A stretch of DNA of 62,654 bases, from the IMG/VR virus record IMGVR_UViG_3300045988_095058. The stretch is one strand, 5' to 3'. Position numbers and translations under genes: made by a program. Each line of letters starts with the position of its first letter. The first letter of the stretch is position 1. Below, piece after piece: positions 36,533-45,424 of this stretch. Source of the stretch: a virus. The notes under the pieces are model-generated. The model was not told the DNA's origin. It searched no databases and saw only the letters and a list, made by a program, of their open reading frames with translations.

Positions 36533-36553
36533 AACATAAAGGAGGTTTTTCTA

Positions 36554-37045
36554 TTGAAAGTAGATATTTTTAACACAGAAAACAAGTATAAGATAATCTA
36601 TGCAGATCCAGCATGGCTGTATAGAGATAAGGCGGTAGCAGGAGGGAGAGGGGCTGGATGCCATTATACAGTAACCAGATTAGAGGATATAAAGGCTCTC
36701 CCTGTAGAAAAGTTAGCAGATGATGATAGTGTGCTTTTTATGTGGGTTACAATGCCATTTTTAGAGGAGGCTTTTGATGTGATGAGATCATGGGGATTTG
36801 AGTATAAAACCTGTGCTTTTACATGGATAAAGCAGAATAAGAAAGCAGATACTCTCTTTTGGGGTATGGGTAATTGGACTAGAGCTAATGCGGAGTTATG
36901 TTTATTAGGTGTAAGAGGAAAGCCTAAGAGAATGGATGCAGGAGTACATAGTGTAATTATGAGCCACATAGAGGAGCACAGTAAAAAACCAGCGGAAACA
37001 AGAGATAGAATTGTAAAGTTAATGGCAGGGGGGGGGGCTACCTAA
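36554..37045 (+). CDS. MT-A70-family DNA adenine methyltransferase, truncated as read by the G10 tract
   Basis: TTG start 8 nt after GGAGG. Has YADPAW (DPPW-like motif) and EEHSKKPAETRDRI. The frame ends 8 nt after the G-run. Confidence 0.8.
   Translation: MKVDIFNTENKYKIIYADPAWLYRDKAVAGGRGAGCHYTVTRLEDIKALPVEKLADDDSVLFMWVTMPFLEEAFDVMRSWGFEYKTCAFTWIKQNKKADTLFWGMGNWTRANAELCLLGVRGKPKRMDAGVHSVIMSHIEEHSKKPAETRDRIVKLMAGGGAT
37028..37037. repeat. G10 homopolymer inside the methyltransferase gene
   Basis: Ten consecutive G, read directly. Confidence 0.95.
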
Positions 37046-37106
37046 AATAGAGCTCTTTGCAAGACAGTGTATAGATGGATGGGATTGTTGGGGAAATGAG
37101 GTATAA
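37038..37106 (+). pseudogene. Out-of-frame conserved C-terminal segment of the methyltransferase
   Basis: The +1 frame reads LPKIELFARQCIDGWDCWGNEV-stop, matching the ELFAR...GWD.WGNE ending typical of MT-A70 enzymes. G9 would fuse it in frame. Confidence 0.7.
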
Positions 37107-37113
37107 GAATTGT

Positions 37114-37143
37114 AGGAGGTGTAAAAAGCCTCCTCTTTTTTTT
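37114..37143 (+). terminator. Rho-independent terminator
   Basis: AGGAGG-tgtaaaaag-CCTCCT followed by CT8. Confidence 0.75.
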
Positions 37144-37144
37144 A

Positions 37145-37184
37145 TCTAAATTTACTTACCGTTTGTGATTAGGTTACTTATCAA
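37145..37184 (+). promoter_or_regulatory. Class-1 bipartite motif, copy F
   Basis: TCTAAA-N14-GTGATTAGGTTACTTATCAA. Confidence 0.55.
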
Positions 37185-37204
37185 TCAAAACAGGAGGATC
37201 AAGG

Positions 37205-37354
37205 ATGGTAAGACAGATTAAAAGAAAATGGAGAAGATTTTACAGAACTCATAGAGAGGGCTGTGAGTTGGTAGGAGATTTTATTGGAGCTGTAAGTATT
37301 TTTGTAGTTTTATTTGAGCTCTATATCATCGGAGTTATGTTAGGAGGTCACTAA
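37205..37354 (+). CDS. Small membrane protein (49 aa)
   Basis: Basic N-terminus followed by the TM helix FIGAVSIFVVLFELYIIGVML. RBS CAGGAGGATCAAGG. Confidence 0.5.
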   Translation: MVRQIKRKWRRFYRTHREGCELVGDFIGAVSIFVVLFELYIIGVMLGGH

Positions 37355-38412
37355 TGGGATTAAAGAGCTTAATAGCAGTAGCACAAGGAAAAAATGCAGA
37401 GAGCGTATCCTTTGAGGATAAGTTTCTTAAAAATTATGAGGAGGCTGTAAAGGCTAAGGAGCTGGAGGAGAGGCAGATAGCCCCATCTGAGTATATCCGC
37501 CCATCCTCTATGTATGGCTGTGAGCGTATGTTATTTTTCCAGAGAGTACATGGAGGCTCCCAGAATGGAGAGCAGAGTGAGGTAAATCTTATTGAGATAT
37601 GCCAGAGCGGTACAGATAGGCACTTAGACATACAGCACATAGTAGAGCGTATGGAGGGTGTAGAGTGCTTAGATCTGGAGGAAATGGTAAAAGAGGCACA
37701 GGCTAAAGGCATTAAAACAGAGTTTGTAGGCTGGAATGAGGATCACACAGAGGGCAGATGTAAAAATGATGAGCTTTCTATTTATTTCCAGCCAGACGGA
37801 GTTATTAGATTTAATGGTAAGGATATAATCTTAGAGATTAAAACAGAGAGTACTTATCAGTTTAGTAACCGTTATGAGCCTAAGGCGGATCATAAGTGGC
37901 AAGCTACTTGTTACGGTATGGGGCTGGGGATAGATTATATCCTTTTCTTTTATGAGGATAGAAATTTTTGTAAAAAGAAACCGTACCTCTGGAAAATAAC
38001 CGATGAGATGAAACAGGCAGTACTTAACAAGATACGAACTGTAAACAATGCTTGTAAAACAGGGATCCCTCCAGAGAAAGATGATAGCAAGTGTACATAC
38101 TGTAGATATAAAAATGAGTGTGCTTTAGTGGATGCTGGTAAGTGGGTACATCCTAACCCTCCAGAAAAGCCTCAGACAGCCAAGAAAGATACAAACAGAA
38201 AAAAGGATAATAAGTCTACAGGTAAAAAGAAAAAAGCCTCTACAGGGCAAAATACAGCGTTGAGAGCGGTATGTGGTAACTGTGAGCATTGTGGTAGAGA
38301 GCTGGGAGCTTACTACTGTAGCATTGATAAAGATGGATCTATGTATGTAGATCGTAGAAAGAAATGTAAGTTTACTCCTAGCAGGTTTAAGGGGGTACAG
38401 GATGGCAAGTAA
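37354..38412 (+). CDS. PD-(D/E)XK (Cas4/RecB-like) nuclease with a Lys-rich, zinc-ribbon C-terminal extension
   Basis: GCERMLFF, FQPDGVI and ILEIKTES segments plus a CTYCRYKNEC cluster. The tail has CGNCEHCG. Confidence 0.65.
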   Translation: MGLKSLIAVAQGKNAESVSFEDKFLKNYEEAVKAKELEERQIAPSEYIRPSSMYGCERMLFFQRVHGGSQNGEQSEVNLIEICQSGTDRHLDIQHIVERMEGVECLDLEEMVKEAQAKGIKTEFVGWNEDHTEGRCKNDELSIYFQPDGVIRFNGKDIILEIKTESTYQFSNRYEPKADHKWQATCYGMGLGIDYILFFYEDRNFCKKKPYLWKITDEMKQAVLNKIRTVNNACKTGIPPEKDDSKCTYCRYKNECALVDAGKWVHPNPPEKPQTAKKDTNRKKDNKSTGKKKKASTGQNTALRAVCGNCEHCGRELGAYYCSIDKDGSMYVDRRKKCKFTPSRFKGVQDGK

Positions 38413-38875
38413 TAACATCGGTAAAACCTTTGAGCAGGAGTTTAAGGAGTGTGTACCTCCAGATTATTACCTGTATCGCCTAAAGGATGATACAAGCGGA
38501 TTTTATGGAGTATCTAATCCATGTGATTATATTCTTTTCAGATCTCCTTATCTCTTTCTGGTAGAGCTTAAAACCCATAAGGGAAAGAGTATACCGATAG
38601 CTAAGATCAGACCTAACCAGATACAGGGGATGGAGAAAGCTACTCAATATGAGGGAGTGTATGGAGGCTTTTTAATCAATTTTAGAGAGCTGGAGGAAAC
38701 ATATTACATAACCGTACAGGATGTGATCCAGTTTACTCAGACGGAGGAGAGAAAGAGTATACCTGTAGAGTGGTGCAGGGATCACGGAGTAAAGATAGAG
38801 CAGAAAAAGAAAAGAGTGAGATACAGCTACGATTTGGAGAGCTGGTTAAGGAGGTACTATGGAAAATCCATGTAG
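38402..38875 (+). CDS. RecU-like Holliday junction resolvase
   Basis: GKTFEQEF...NPCDYILF...LVELKTHKG is a PD-(D/E)XK pattern typical of RecU. Confidence 0.55.
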   Translation: MASNNIGKTFEQEFKECVPPDYYLYRLKDDTSGFYGVSNPCDYILFRSPYLFLVELKTHKGKSIPIAKIRPNQIQGMEKATQYEGVYGGFLINFRELEETYYITVQDVIQFTQTEERKSIPVEWCRDHGVKIEQKKKRVRYSYDLESWLRRYYGKSM

Positions 38876-39161
38876 TAATTGTGACAGTACATCAATGGAG
38901 ATGTGTTTACTTATTAGACATTGTGAGCACTTTGTAACAAAGAAATCTAAAGAGGAGAGCAGGTGTAAAGATTATGTAGGAGTTACCTGTGTAAATGGTG
39001 GATGCCCTAACGCTATGGCGGATGAGTACCCAGAGTATGGCTATGAACATTGTACCTGTGAGGAGTGTGGATATTATAAGGGCTGTGAGGATTGTGCCTT
39101 AGCAGGTACAGAGCATTGTAATAAGGCTCCTACAGGAGGAGGTAAAGATGGTACAGAGTGA
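38859..39161 (+). CDS. Cys-rich hypothetical protein
   Basis: 100 aa with many CxxC-type pairs. Confidence 0.5.
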   Translation: MENPCSNCDSTSMEMCLLIRHCEHFVTKKSKEESRCKDYVGVTCVNGGCPNAMADEYPEYGYEHCTCEECGYYKGCEDCALAGTEHCNKAPTGGGKDGTE

Positions 39162-39699
39162 TAAATTAAAGAAAATCATAGCAGAGGTAAAAGAGGAGAG
39201 CTCCCCTGTAATAACCCTCTCAAATGAGTTAATAGCAGATTTTAGTAAGGAGCTTGATAGTGCTATCTCAGAGCTGGATATGATTATGGAAAGCATAGGA
39301 GAAAACTCTATAGAGGATATACCAGATAGCCAGATAGAGTATTACTGTGTTAAGATCCCAGCCCTTATGTACTATGCAGGGCAGAGAGTAGAGGAGCTGG
39401 GTATGCAGGTAGATCTAGCCTCTAACGCTAAGAAAAGTGCTCAAAATGAGGCGATGGTAAAAGTATCTGGTACTGTGCAGGAGAAGAAAGCCAGAGTAGA
39501 ACAGCTCACAGAGGACAAAGCTTTAGTAGAGGCTATTTATCGTAGAGCTTACAACAGCCTCAAAGTTAAGTTAGAGATGGCTGAGAAGATCTACAGCGGA
39601 TTAAAGAAATCTCTCTCAAAGAGGATAGCAGAGGTAGATCTGGATAGATTTAGTAAGGATAAATATACCAGAGAGCCAGAGGATCCTATGGAGGAGTAA
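39148..39699 (+). CDS. Hypothetical coiled-coil protein
   Basis: 183 aa ORF. Confidence 0.55.
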   Translation: MVQSDKLKKIIAEVKEESSPVITLSNELIADFSKELDSAISELDMIMESIGENSIEDIPDSQIEYYCVKIPALMYYAGQRVEELGMQVDLASNAKKSAQNEAMVKVSGTVQEKKARVEQLTEDKALVEAIYRRAYNSLKVKLEMAEKIYSGLKKSLSKRIAEVDLDRFSKDKYTREPEDPMEE

Positions 39700-39703
39700 G
39701 CCT

Positions 39704-39937
39704 ATGGAGCGATGGGCTTATGAGTACTTTAGGAGGCAAGCCATAGAGGATAGATGTAAGCAGGAGGCACAGTGGCTAATTGATAACCCTAAAGACAGTA
39801 TCCGTAAAATGGCTAAAGAGTTTTGTATAAGTAAGAGCCAGCTACATAGAGATCTCCATGAGCTCAGAAATATAGATGATGATCTCTATGTACAGTGTAG
39901 AAATATTTTAAGGAGGCATAAAAGACGATGTTTATAA
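39704..39937 (+). CDS. SpoIIID-like HTH transcriptional regulator
   Basis: SIRKMAKEFCISKSQLHRDLHELRNIDDDLYVQCRNILRRH parallels the SpoIIID segment IAKEFGVSKSTVHKDL...L...V..IL. Confidence 0.55.
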   Translation: MERWAYEYFRRQAIEDRCKQEAQWLIDNPKDSIRKMAKEFCISKSQLHRDLHELRNIDDDLYVQCRNILRRHKRRCL

Positions 39938-40191
39938 GAGTTGAGGATCAGAGCGGAAACCTTACTATCTGGCTTAATGTGAACCAGATAGCAAAGATGG
40001 AGGAGAGTAGGAGCTCAGAGGAGTTAATGGGATACAGCATAACTACTGTGGATAATAAGGAGTATTATTCTCCAGATGTTAAGGCTATACAGGCTTTATT
40101 GATACCATTAGTTGTAATGGAGCCAGAGGGCGATATTGTAGAGGAGCTTAAAAAACTGGATATGAGAAGAAATGTTATGGTGGAGTGTTAG
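39928..40191 (+). CDS. Hypothetical protein
   Basis: 87 aa ORF overlapping its neighbours. Confidence 0.5.
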   Translation: MFIRVEDQSGNLTIWLNVNQIAKMEESRSSEELMGYSITTVDNKEYYSPDVKAIQALLIPLVVMEPEGDIVEELKKLDMRRNVMVEC

Positions 40192-40448
40192 ATATGGAGG
40201 AAAAGTTAGATAAGTTTTTAGCATATCTGGAGGAAAACGGTGTAGAGATCTCTGGAGAAACAGCTTTTAAGTGTGATGATGGTATTGTACTTTTTAGCCC
40301 TAATGAGGGAGGCGGAGTAGACATAGCCATTATTAGAAATGTAATTGAGTTAAATTACAGTTTAGGTATCACGGATGCAGATGTAAACCTTTTTAATACT
40401 GAGGTAGGCATTATGCAGGAGTTAGGAGGATCTGAGGATGGAGAATAA
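40185..40448 (+). CDS. Hypothetical protein
   Basis: 87 aa acidic ORF. Confidence 0.5.
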   Translation: MLDMEEKLDKFLAYLEENGVEISGETAFKCDDGIVLFSPNEGGGVDIAIIRNVIELNYSLGITDADVNLFNTEVGIMQELGGSEDGE

Positions 40449-40926
40449 TAAGCCAGTATTTTATATGTTAGTTGGATTGCCAGCCAGCGGTAAAAGCTCT
40501 GAGAGTGATAGGCTGGGAGATGTAATTGTTAGATCCTCCGATTATCTCAGAGATAAGCTCTGTGGAGATATAAACGATATGAAAAATAATGGTGCTGTGT
40601 TTACCATTTTACAGAGTTTGGTTAGAGCGGATCTATATCATGGTAAGGATGTAGTATATGATGCTACAAACTTAAAAGCGAGTTATAGAGTGGAGTTTTT
40701 GGATACTCTTAGGTTATTAAACTGTAAAAAGGTTTGTGTATTTGTAGATACTCCTTTTGAGGTTTGTGTTAAGCGTAACGAGGAAAGGGAGCGTACAGTA
40801 CCTAAGGAGGCTATGGAAAGGATGAAAAGATTTTTAGAGCCTCCTACTTTTGCTGAGGGCTGGGATGAGATACGAGTAGTTAAAAATTGGGATGAAAAGG
40901 AGAATAGCGATGGCGGAGATAGATAA
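40438..40926 (+). CDS. P-loop kinase (AAA_33 / polynucleotide kinase-like)
   Basis: Walker A VGLPASGKSS near the N-terminus. Confidence 0.6.
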   Translation: MENNKPVFYMLVGLPASGKSSESDRLGDVIVRSSDYLRDKLCGDINDMKNNGAVFTILQSLVRADLYHGKDVVYDATNLKASYRVEFLDTLRLLNCKKVCVFVDTPFEVCVKRNEERERTVPKEAMERMKRFLEPPTFAEGWDEIRVVKNWDEKENSDGGDR

Positions 40927-41920
40927 CCTCATAGCGGAGGTAAATAAAAAATACAAAACGGATATAATCCGTAAAGCATCGGATCTTAAGGGGATAGAGT
41001 TTATCCCCTATACCTCCCCTATGATGAATTACTTAACCAGAGGAGGAGTACCTGTAGGGAGGATCATAGAGCTGGTAGGATTACCTCAGAGTGGTAAAAC
41101 TACTACAGCTCTGGATATTATCTCTAATTTCCAGAAAAAGTACACAGATAAGTACTGTGTATATCTGGATGCAGAAAATACAATAGATAAGGAGTGGGGA
41201 GAAACTCTGGGGGTAGATTGGAGTAAGGTAATACTCATCCAGCCAGAGAGTGAGTACGGAGAGGAGCTCTTAGATATGCTCTTAGACTACATAAGATCTG
41301 GTAAGATCGGCTTAGCAGTATTAGATAGTGCTCCTTTTATTATCCCTAAAGCAGTACAGGAAAAAGGCTTAGATGAGAAAAGCTATGGCGGTAACAGTGC
41401 TCTTATGAAAGCCTTTTGTGATAAGGCGGTACCGCTCTGTAAGAAAGTGGAGTGTACTTTTCTGATGATTAACCAGCTCAGAGAGAATATTGGAAATCCG
41501 TACAAGCCTTATAAAATTCCTTGCGGTACAGCTATAGCTCATGCGTGCTCACAGATCTTATGGTTTACAAAGGGATCCTTACTGGATGAGAAGTATAAAG
41601 AGGTAAGTAGCGGATATGCTAACCCTAGTGGTAATCTGGTAAGCGTGAAAGTGGAGAAAAATAAGGTTACTAAAAATGATCGTAGGCTCCAGACTTACAC
41701 ACTTAACTACAGTACAGGAGTGGATGAGATTAAGGATACCTTAGATCTGGCTATTATGCTGGGGATCATCTCACAGGCTGGGGCGTGGTTTAAGGCTACT
41801 CTTAAAGACGGTAAAGAGCAGAAAATGCAGGGATTTAACGGAGTGCAGGAGTTTTATTACAACGATCTGGAGGAGCTGGAGTATCTTAGAAAACAGGTAT
41901 ATGAGGCAGGTATGGTATGA
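40910..41920 (+). CDS. RecA-family recombinase
   Basis: GRIIELVGLPQSGKTTTALD (Walker A) and LAVLDSAP (Walker B-like). ATG 40910 follows AAAAGGAGAATAGCG. Confidence 0.8.
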   Translation: MAEIDNLIAEVNKKYKTDIIRKASDLKGIEFIPYTSPMMNYLTRGGVPVGRIIELVGLPQSGKTTTALDIISNFQKKYTDKYCVYLDAENTIDKEWGETLGVDWSKVILIQPESEYGEELLDMLLDYIRSGKIGLAVLDSAPFIIPKAVQEKGLDEKSYGGNSALMKAFCDKAVPLCKKVECTFLMINQLRENIGNPYKPYKIPCGTAIAHACSQILWFTKGSLLDEKYKEVSSGYANPSGNLVSVKVEKNKVTKNDRRLQTYTLNYSTGVDEIKDTLDLAIMLGIISQAGAWFKATLKDGKEQKMQGFNGVQEFYYNDLEELEYLRKQVYEAGMV

Positions 41921-42126
41921 GAGAAGTAGAGGAAACCTTAGCACATAACCTTAGAGAGGTAAGAGAGAAAAAGGGCTACACTCTAAAAGATGTGGTAAAA
42001 GGTACAGGATATACAGAGGTAAGTATAAGTAGATGGGAAACAGGTACACGGATCCCTAAGGCTACAGTACTTTACAATCTGGCTAAATTCTATGGAGTAT
42101 CTGTAGATAGATTTTTCTGGAAATAA
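41917..42126 (+). CDS. XRE-family HTH regulator
   Basis: GYTLKDVVKGTGYTEVSISRWETGTRIP. Confidence 0.7.
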   Translation: MREVEETLAHNLREVREKKGYTLKDVVKGTGYTEVSISRWETGTRIPKATVLYNLAKFYGVSVDRFFWK

Positions 42127-42132
42127 GAGCAG

Positions 42133-42168
42133 GAGGAGGCAGTAAAAAGCCTCCTCTATTATTTTATA
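42133..42168 (+). terminator. Hairpin terminator
   Basis: GAGGAGGC-agtaaaaa-GCCTCCTC followed by a T-rich tract. Confidence 0.6.
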
Positions 42169-42189
42169 CAGGGGTTATATAAAAAGTAA

Positions 42190-42218
42190 TTGACATTATT
42201 ATATAGGGGGTGTATATT
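42190..42218 (+). promoter_or_regulatory. Sigma-A-type promoter
   Basis: TTGACA, 17-nt spacer, TATATT. The spacer ends GGGGGTG, similar to the integrase promoter. Confidence 0.6.
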
Positions 42219-42266
42219 ATAAGTGAGGTAAGGAACTAGATACGAACTGAAAGAGAGGTAAACAAT

Positions 42267-42821
42267 ATGAGATATAAAAACAGTGATGATAACAGATACA
42301 GAGTACAGTTTATGAGATCTACAGAGGAGCTTATGGATCAGCTTACAGTTAAAGAGTTTATCTCTTATCTGGAAGAAAACGCAGAGTTTGAAGATTACAC
42401 AGTAGAGTACATTGATAAGAAATGTGTTAAGTGTAGAGCCTATGATCTCACAGAGGAAAACAGCAAGCTCCATAAGGAGTTTTTAGTAACAGAGGATGGT
42501 AGAGTATTTTACTGGAGATCCTTAATCAGCAAGATTGAGCTGGTAGATGCTGAGGAAGAAAAACAGGAGGTAAGTAAGATGGTTATTAAGAGATTAAAAG
42601 GAGCTAAGTTTGGTACAGATAGAATAGCTAGAGTAGTTACAGGATATGCCCTCTATGAGGAGGGCAAGGGCTACATAGCTTTTAGCTCAGATAGAGATGA
42701 GTTTGGTATTTTAGCTCCATATATTCCCTGTGGAGGGAAAAGAGCTTTACAGAGTATTTTAGATGCTGGAGGCTTTTGTAGCTTTGATGGTATGGAGTAT
42801 GTACAGGAGTTGGGAGCCTAA
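42267..42821 (+). CDS. Hypothetical protein
   Basis: 184 aa ORF. Confidence 0.6.
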   Translation: MRYKNSDDNRYRVQFMRSTEELMDQLTVKEFISYLEENAEFEDYTVEYIDKKCVKCRAYDLTEENSKLHKEFLVTEDGRVFYWRSLISKIELVDAEEEKQEVSKMVIKRLKGAKFGTDRIARVVTGYALYEEGKGYIAFSSDRDEFGILAPYIPCGGKRALQSILDAGGFCSFDGMEYVQELGA

Positions 42822-42844
42822 GGGCTCCCAGATCGGAGGGAAAT

Positions 42845-43000
42845 ATGTTTACAGTTTATCTTAAGAGTGCTGGAGGCACAAAGAAATACTTTACAGAGTT
42901 TGAAACAGAGGCGGAGGCTGAGAGCTTTTGTAGAGAGTATGGCTGGGAGTGGGTAGATGAGAATGAGTTTGTATGGGATATGGATTATGAGGAGGCGTAA
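42845..43000 (+). CDS. Hypothetical small protein (51 aa)
   Basis: ATG after GGAGGGAAAT. Fills a gap and is below the track cutoff. Confidence 0.45.
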   Translation: MFTVYLKSAGGTKKYFTEFETEAEAESFCREYGWEWVDENEFVWDMDYEEA

Positions 43001-43002
43001 AG

Positions 43003-43842
43003 ATGGCTAAGATCGTTTATCTGAGAACCGATAAAAACGGTACTAAGTATTATGCTAATTACACTTGCCCTAGATGTGGAGGAGCTGGAGGATCTGATAA
43101 ATGGGCTTTTACAGGCTGGACTTGTTATGAGTGCGGAGGAACTGGAGAAAGACCTACTCCAGTTATTGAAAAAGAATATACTCCAGAGTATAGAGCTAAG
43201 CTGGATGAGAGAGCTAGAAAGAGAGCAGAGGCTAAGACGGCTAAGCAGGTAGAGGAGTTTAATAACAATCGTTTAGCAATAGCTGAGAAATACGGATTTA
43301 ATCCAGAGGGTAAGATCTATGTAGTAACAGGTAACACCTATGAGATCCGTGAGGAGCTTAGGGAGGCAGGAGCAAAGTATAGAGGAGGGATTAACTGGTA
43401 TTTCTTAGAGAAACAGGATAGATACCCTACAATAGAGCTTAGTTATGAGGAGTGCCTTAATATCTATCCAGAGTACGGTACAATGAGCTGGAAAGACCTT
43501 ACAGAGGTACAGGCAGTACTTAACAGTAAGATCCCTACAGAGGAGGATCCTAGCCAGTATGTGGGGCAGGTAGGAGAGAGGTTAGATCTGGTAGTAACTT
43601 TTAAGAAAAGATCTACTTATGAGATCCCTAGCTATGCAGGATGGGGTACAGATACGGTAGGGATCAATGTATTTAGAGATGATGCTGGTAATTGTTTTAT
43701 CTGGAAAAGCACCTCAGCATTTTTTAACATAGCGGAGGGATCGCAGGTAAGATTGAGAGGAACTGTAAAGGAGCATAGCGATTATAAAGGCACTAAGCAG
43801 ACTATATTACAGAGATGTAAAGTGGATGCGGTAAAATTATAA
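43003..43842 (+). CDS. Hypothetical zinc-ribbon protein
   Basis: CPRCGGAGGSDKWAFTGWTCYECGGTG near the N-terminus. Confidence 0.55.
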   Translation: MAKIVYLRTDKNGTKYYANYTCPRCGGAGGSDKWAFTGWTCYECGGTGERPTPVIEKEYTPEYRAKLDERARKRAEAKTAKQVEEFNNNRLAIAEKYGFNPEGKIYVVTGNTYEIREELREAGAKYRGGINWYFLEKQDRYPTIELSYEECLNIYPEYGTMSWKDLTEVQAVLNSKIPTEEDPSQYVGQVGERLDLVVTFKKRSTYEIPSYAGWGTDTVGINVFRDDAGNCFIWKSTSAFFNIAEGSQVRLRGTVKEHSDYKGTKQTILQRCKVDAVKL

Positions 43843-43888
43843 AGACAAGGGAGGAGTTAATTAACTCCTCCATAAGGAGGGCTAAGAG

Positions 43889-44098
43889 ATGAGTATACAC
43901 GGAGTAAATGCTAGACAGCTCCAGATAATAAGTATCCTTAAGGAGGCTAAGTGTACAAATACAGCGGAGCTACAAGAGGAGTTAGGAGTATCTAGGAGAA
44001 CGCTTAGAACGGATATAGCGTATCTAAAGAGAGTGTATCCAGATAAGTTAATAACCCACAGAGGCAGGTATACAGGCGGTTTAGAGTGGGTAGAGTAG
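43889..44098 (+). CDS. HTH (DeoR/HTH_11-like) protein
   Basis: LQIISILKEAKCTNTAELQEELGVSRRTLRTDIAYL. Confidence 0.55.
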   Translation: MSIHGVNARQLQIISILKEAKCTNTAELQEELGVSRRTLRTDIAYLKRVYPDKLITHRGRYTGGLEWVE

Positions 44099-44107
44099 GA
44101 GGAGTAT

Positions 44108-44548
44108 ATGGATCTAATAGAAAGAGTAGAAAGCTATAAAGTGTTATTTAAGGAGTGTAAAGCTCTGGAGCCTGTTAGTATGGCTCTAGCAAAGGGCTAT
44201 AAATCCGCTACACCTCTCCAGAGATTGGAGATAATCAGAGAGTTAGATACAGAGCTGGCGGATGTGTACAGTGTAGAGATCCCTGTTATTACAGCATGGG
44301 TAAGGGATGATAACTATGTACACTCTACAAAGGAGATTTTCTTAGGGGAGCCCTCCTTAGAGGGTTTTCTCCATCAATTTAGGCACCACTTACAAAATAA
44401 GGCAAGGGAGCCACAGTATAAGTATTTACTGGTAGAGAATGATCCTAAGGCGGATTATAGGATCCCTTATAAGGATTGTGTGTATAGGATGTATGGGGAG
44501 GATGATGCCAGAGCGTGGGCTAGGATGGTTATTGAGTTAGCCTCATAA
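44108..44548 (+). CDS. Hypothetical protein
   Basis: 146 aa ORF. Confidence 0.55.
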   Translation: MDLIERVESYKVLFKECKALEPVSMALAKGYKSATPLQRLEIIRELDTELADVYSVEIPVITAWVRDDNYVHSTKEIFLGEPSLEGFLHQFRHHLQNKAREPQYKYLLVENDPKADYRIPYKDCVYRMYGEDDARAWARMVIELAS

Positions 44549-44592
44549 CTGAGTTATAATATAACCACTATATAAAAAGGTAGGCGGTTATT

Positions 44593-45036
44593 ATGAAAGA
44601 GAGCTTAGGATCATTCTGGGATGAGTGGGAAAAAGAAACAGAGCTAGAAGAAAAGAAATTAAAGGAAATGCAGGACAAGATACACAAACAGTATTTAGAA
44701 AATATGCAGGAGGAAAAGCAGATGAAACATGAACAGATTAGGAAGATGCAGAAAAGATATAACTTTTCTATTGAGGATGAGAGGATCCAGATAGCGTTAG
44801 AGAGGCTAGAGAGCTTAGCGGTAGATAGATTTAGGAATTATGATTACAGTGCTCAAAAGAGCTTTGATGATGTGTGGTGGAGCGTGTTACATGAGGTAGA
44901 TCTGTATGAGGAGGGAGAAGAAACTGAGTTTAGATCTGTAAGGAGCGTTGAGGCTACTAAGAAATGGTTAAAGAGTTTTTCTCATTTGTGTACAGAAAAG
45001 GTACCAGAGGAATATAAGTCAGAGGAGGTAAAGTAA
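44593..45036 (+). CDS. Hypothetical protein
   Basis: 147 aa ORF with a charged N-terminus. Confidence 0.55.
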   Translation: MKESLGSFWDEWEKETELEEKKLKEMQDKIHKQYLENMQEEKQMKHEQIRKMQKRYNFSIEDERIQIALERLESLAVDRFRNYDYSAQKSFDDVWWSVLHEVDLYEEGEETEFRSVRSVEATKKWLKSFSHLCTEKVPEEYKSEEVK

Positions 45037-45037
45037 T

Positions 45038-45238
45038 ATGAAAATCGGAGTAAGAAAACCTAGCCTTAAAAAGGCTATCAAAGCAAGTACCACAGGTAAG
45101 GCTAAGAGAGCGGTAAAGAAAGCAGTTAATCCTCTGTATGGTAAAAAGGGTGTAGGGCTGGCAAAGAACCCTAAGAGAGCTGTAAAAAATGCTGTGTATA
45201 AGAAAACCACAGTAGGAGTAAAAGATTTACTCAAATAG
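45038..45238 (+). CDS. Lysine-rich basic small protein
   Basis: 66 aa, repeated KRAVKKAV/KRAVKNAV segments. Confidence 0.5.
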   Translation: MKIGVRKPSLKKAIKASTTGKAKRAVKKAVNPLYGKKGVGLAKNPKRAVKNAVYKKTTVGVKDLLK

Positions 45239-45247
45239 GAGGGTTTA

Positions 45248-45415
45248 ATGGATGAGCGTATAAGAGAGCTGATAGATTATATAAAAATGTTACAGGTAGC
45301 CTTAGAGTGTAGCACAGATCCAGAGGATATAGAGGCGGATAATCTACTGGATGCTATCTGGGAGAGTAAGATGGAATTAAAAGAGCTGGGATATGCTGGC
45401 TGGGAGGATTTATAG
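45248..45415 (+). CDS. Hypothetical small protein (55 aa)
   Basis: ATG after TAGGAGGGTTTA. Below the track cutoff. Confidence 0.45.
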   Translation: MDERIRELIDYIKMLQVALECSTDPEDIEADNLLDAIWESKMELKELGYAGWEDL

Positions 45416-45424
45416 GAGGTATTT

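Noticed and set aside
36515-36553. ORF-track N-terminal extensions that run through the class-1 motif (36515, 45661, 48234, 27249, 31220, 23094, 57575, 40892)
   Set aside because: Each has a downstream start correctly spaced from an AGGAGG RBS. The extensions translate conserved regulatory DNA.
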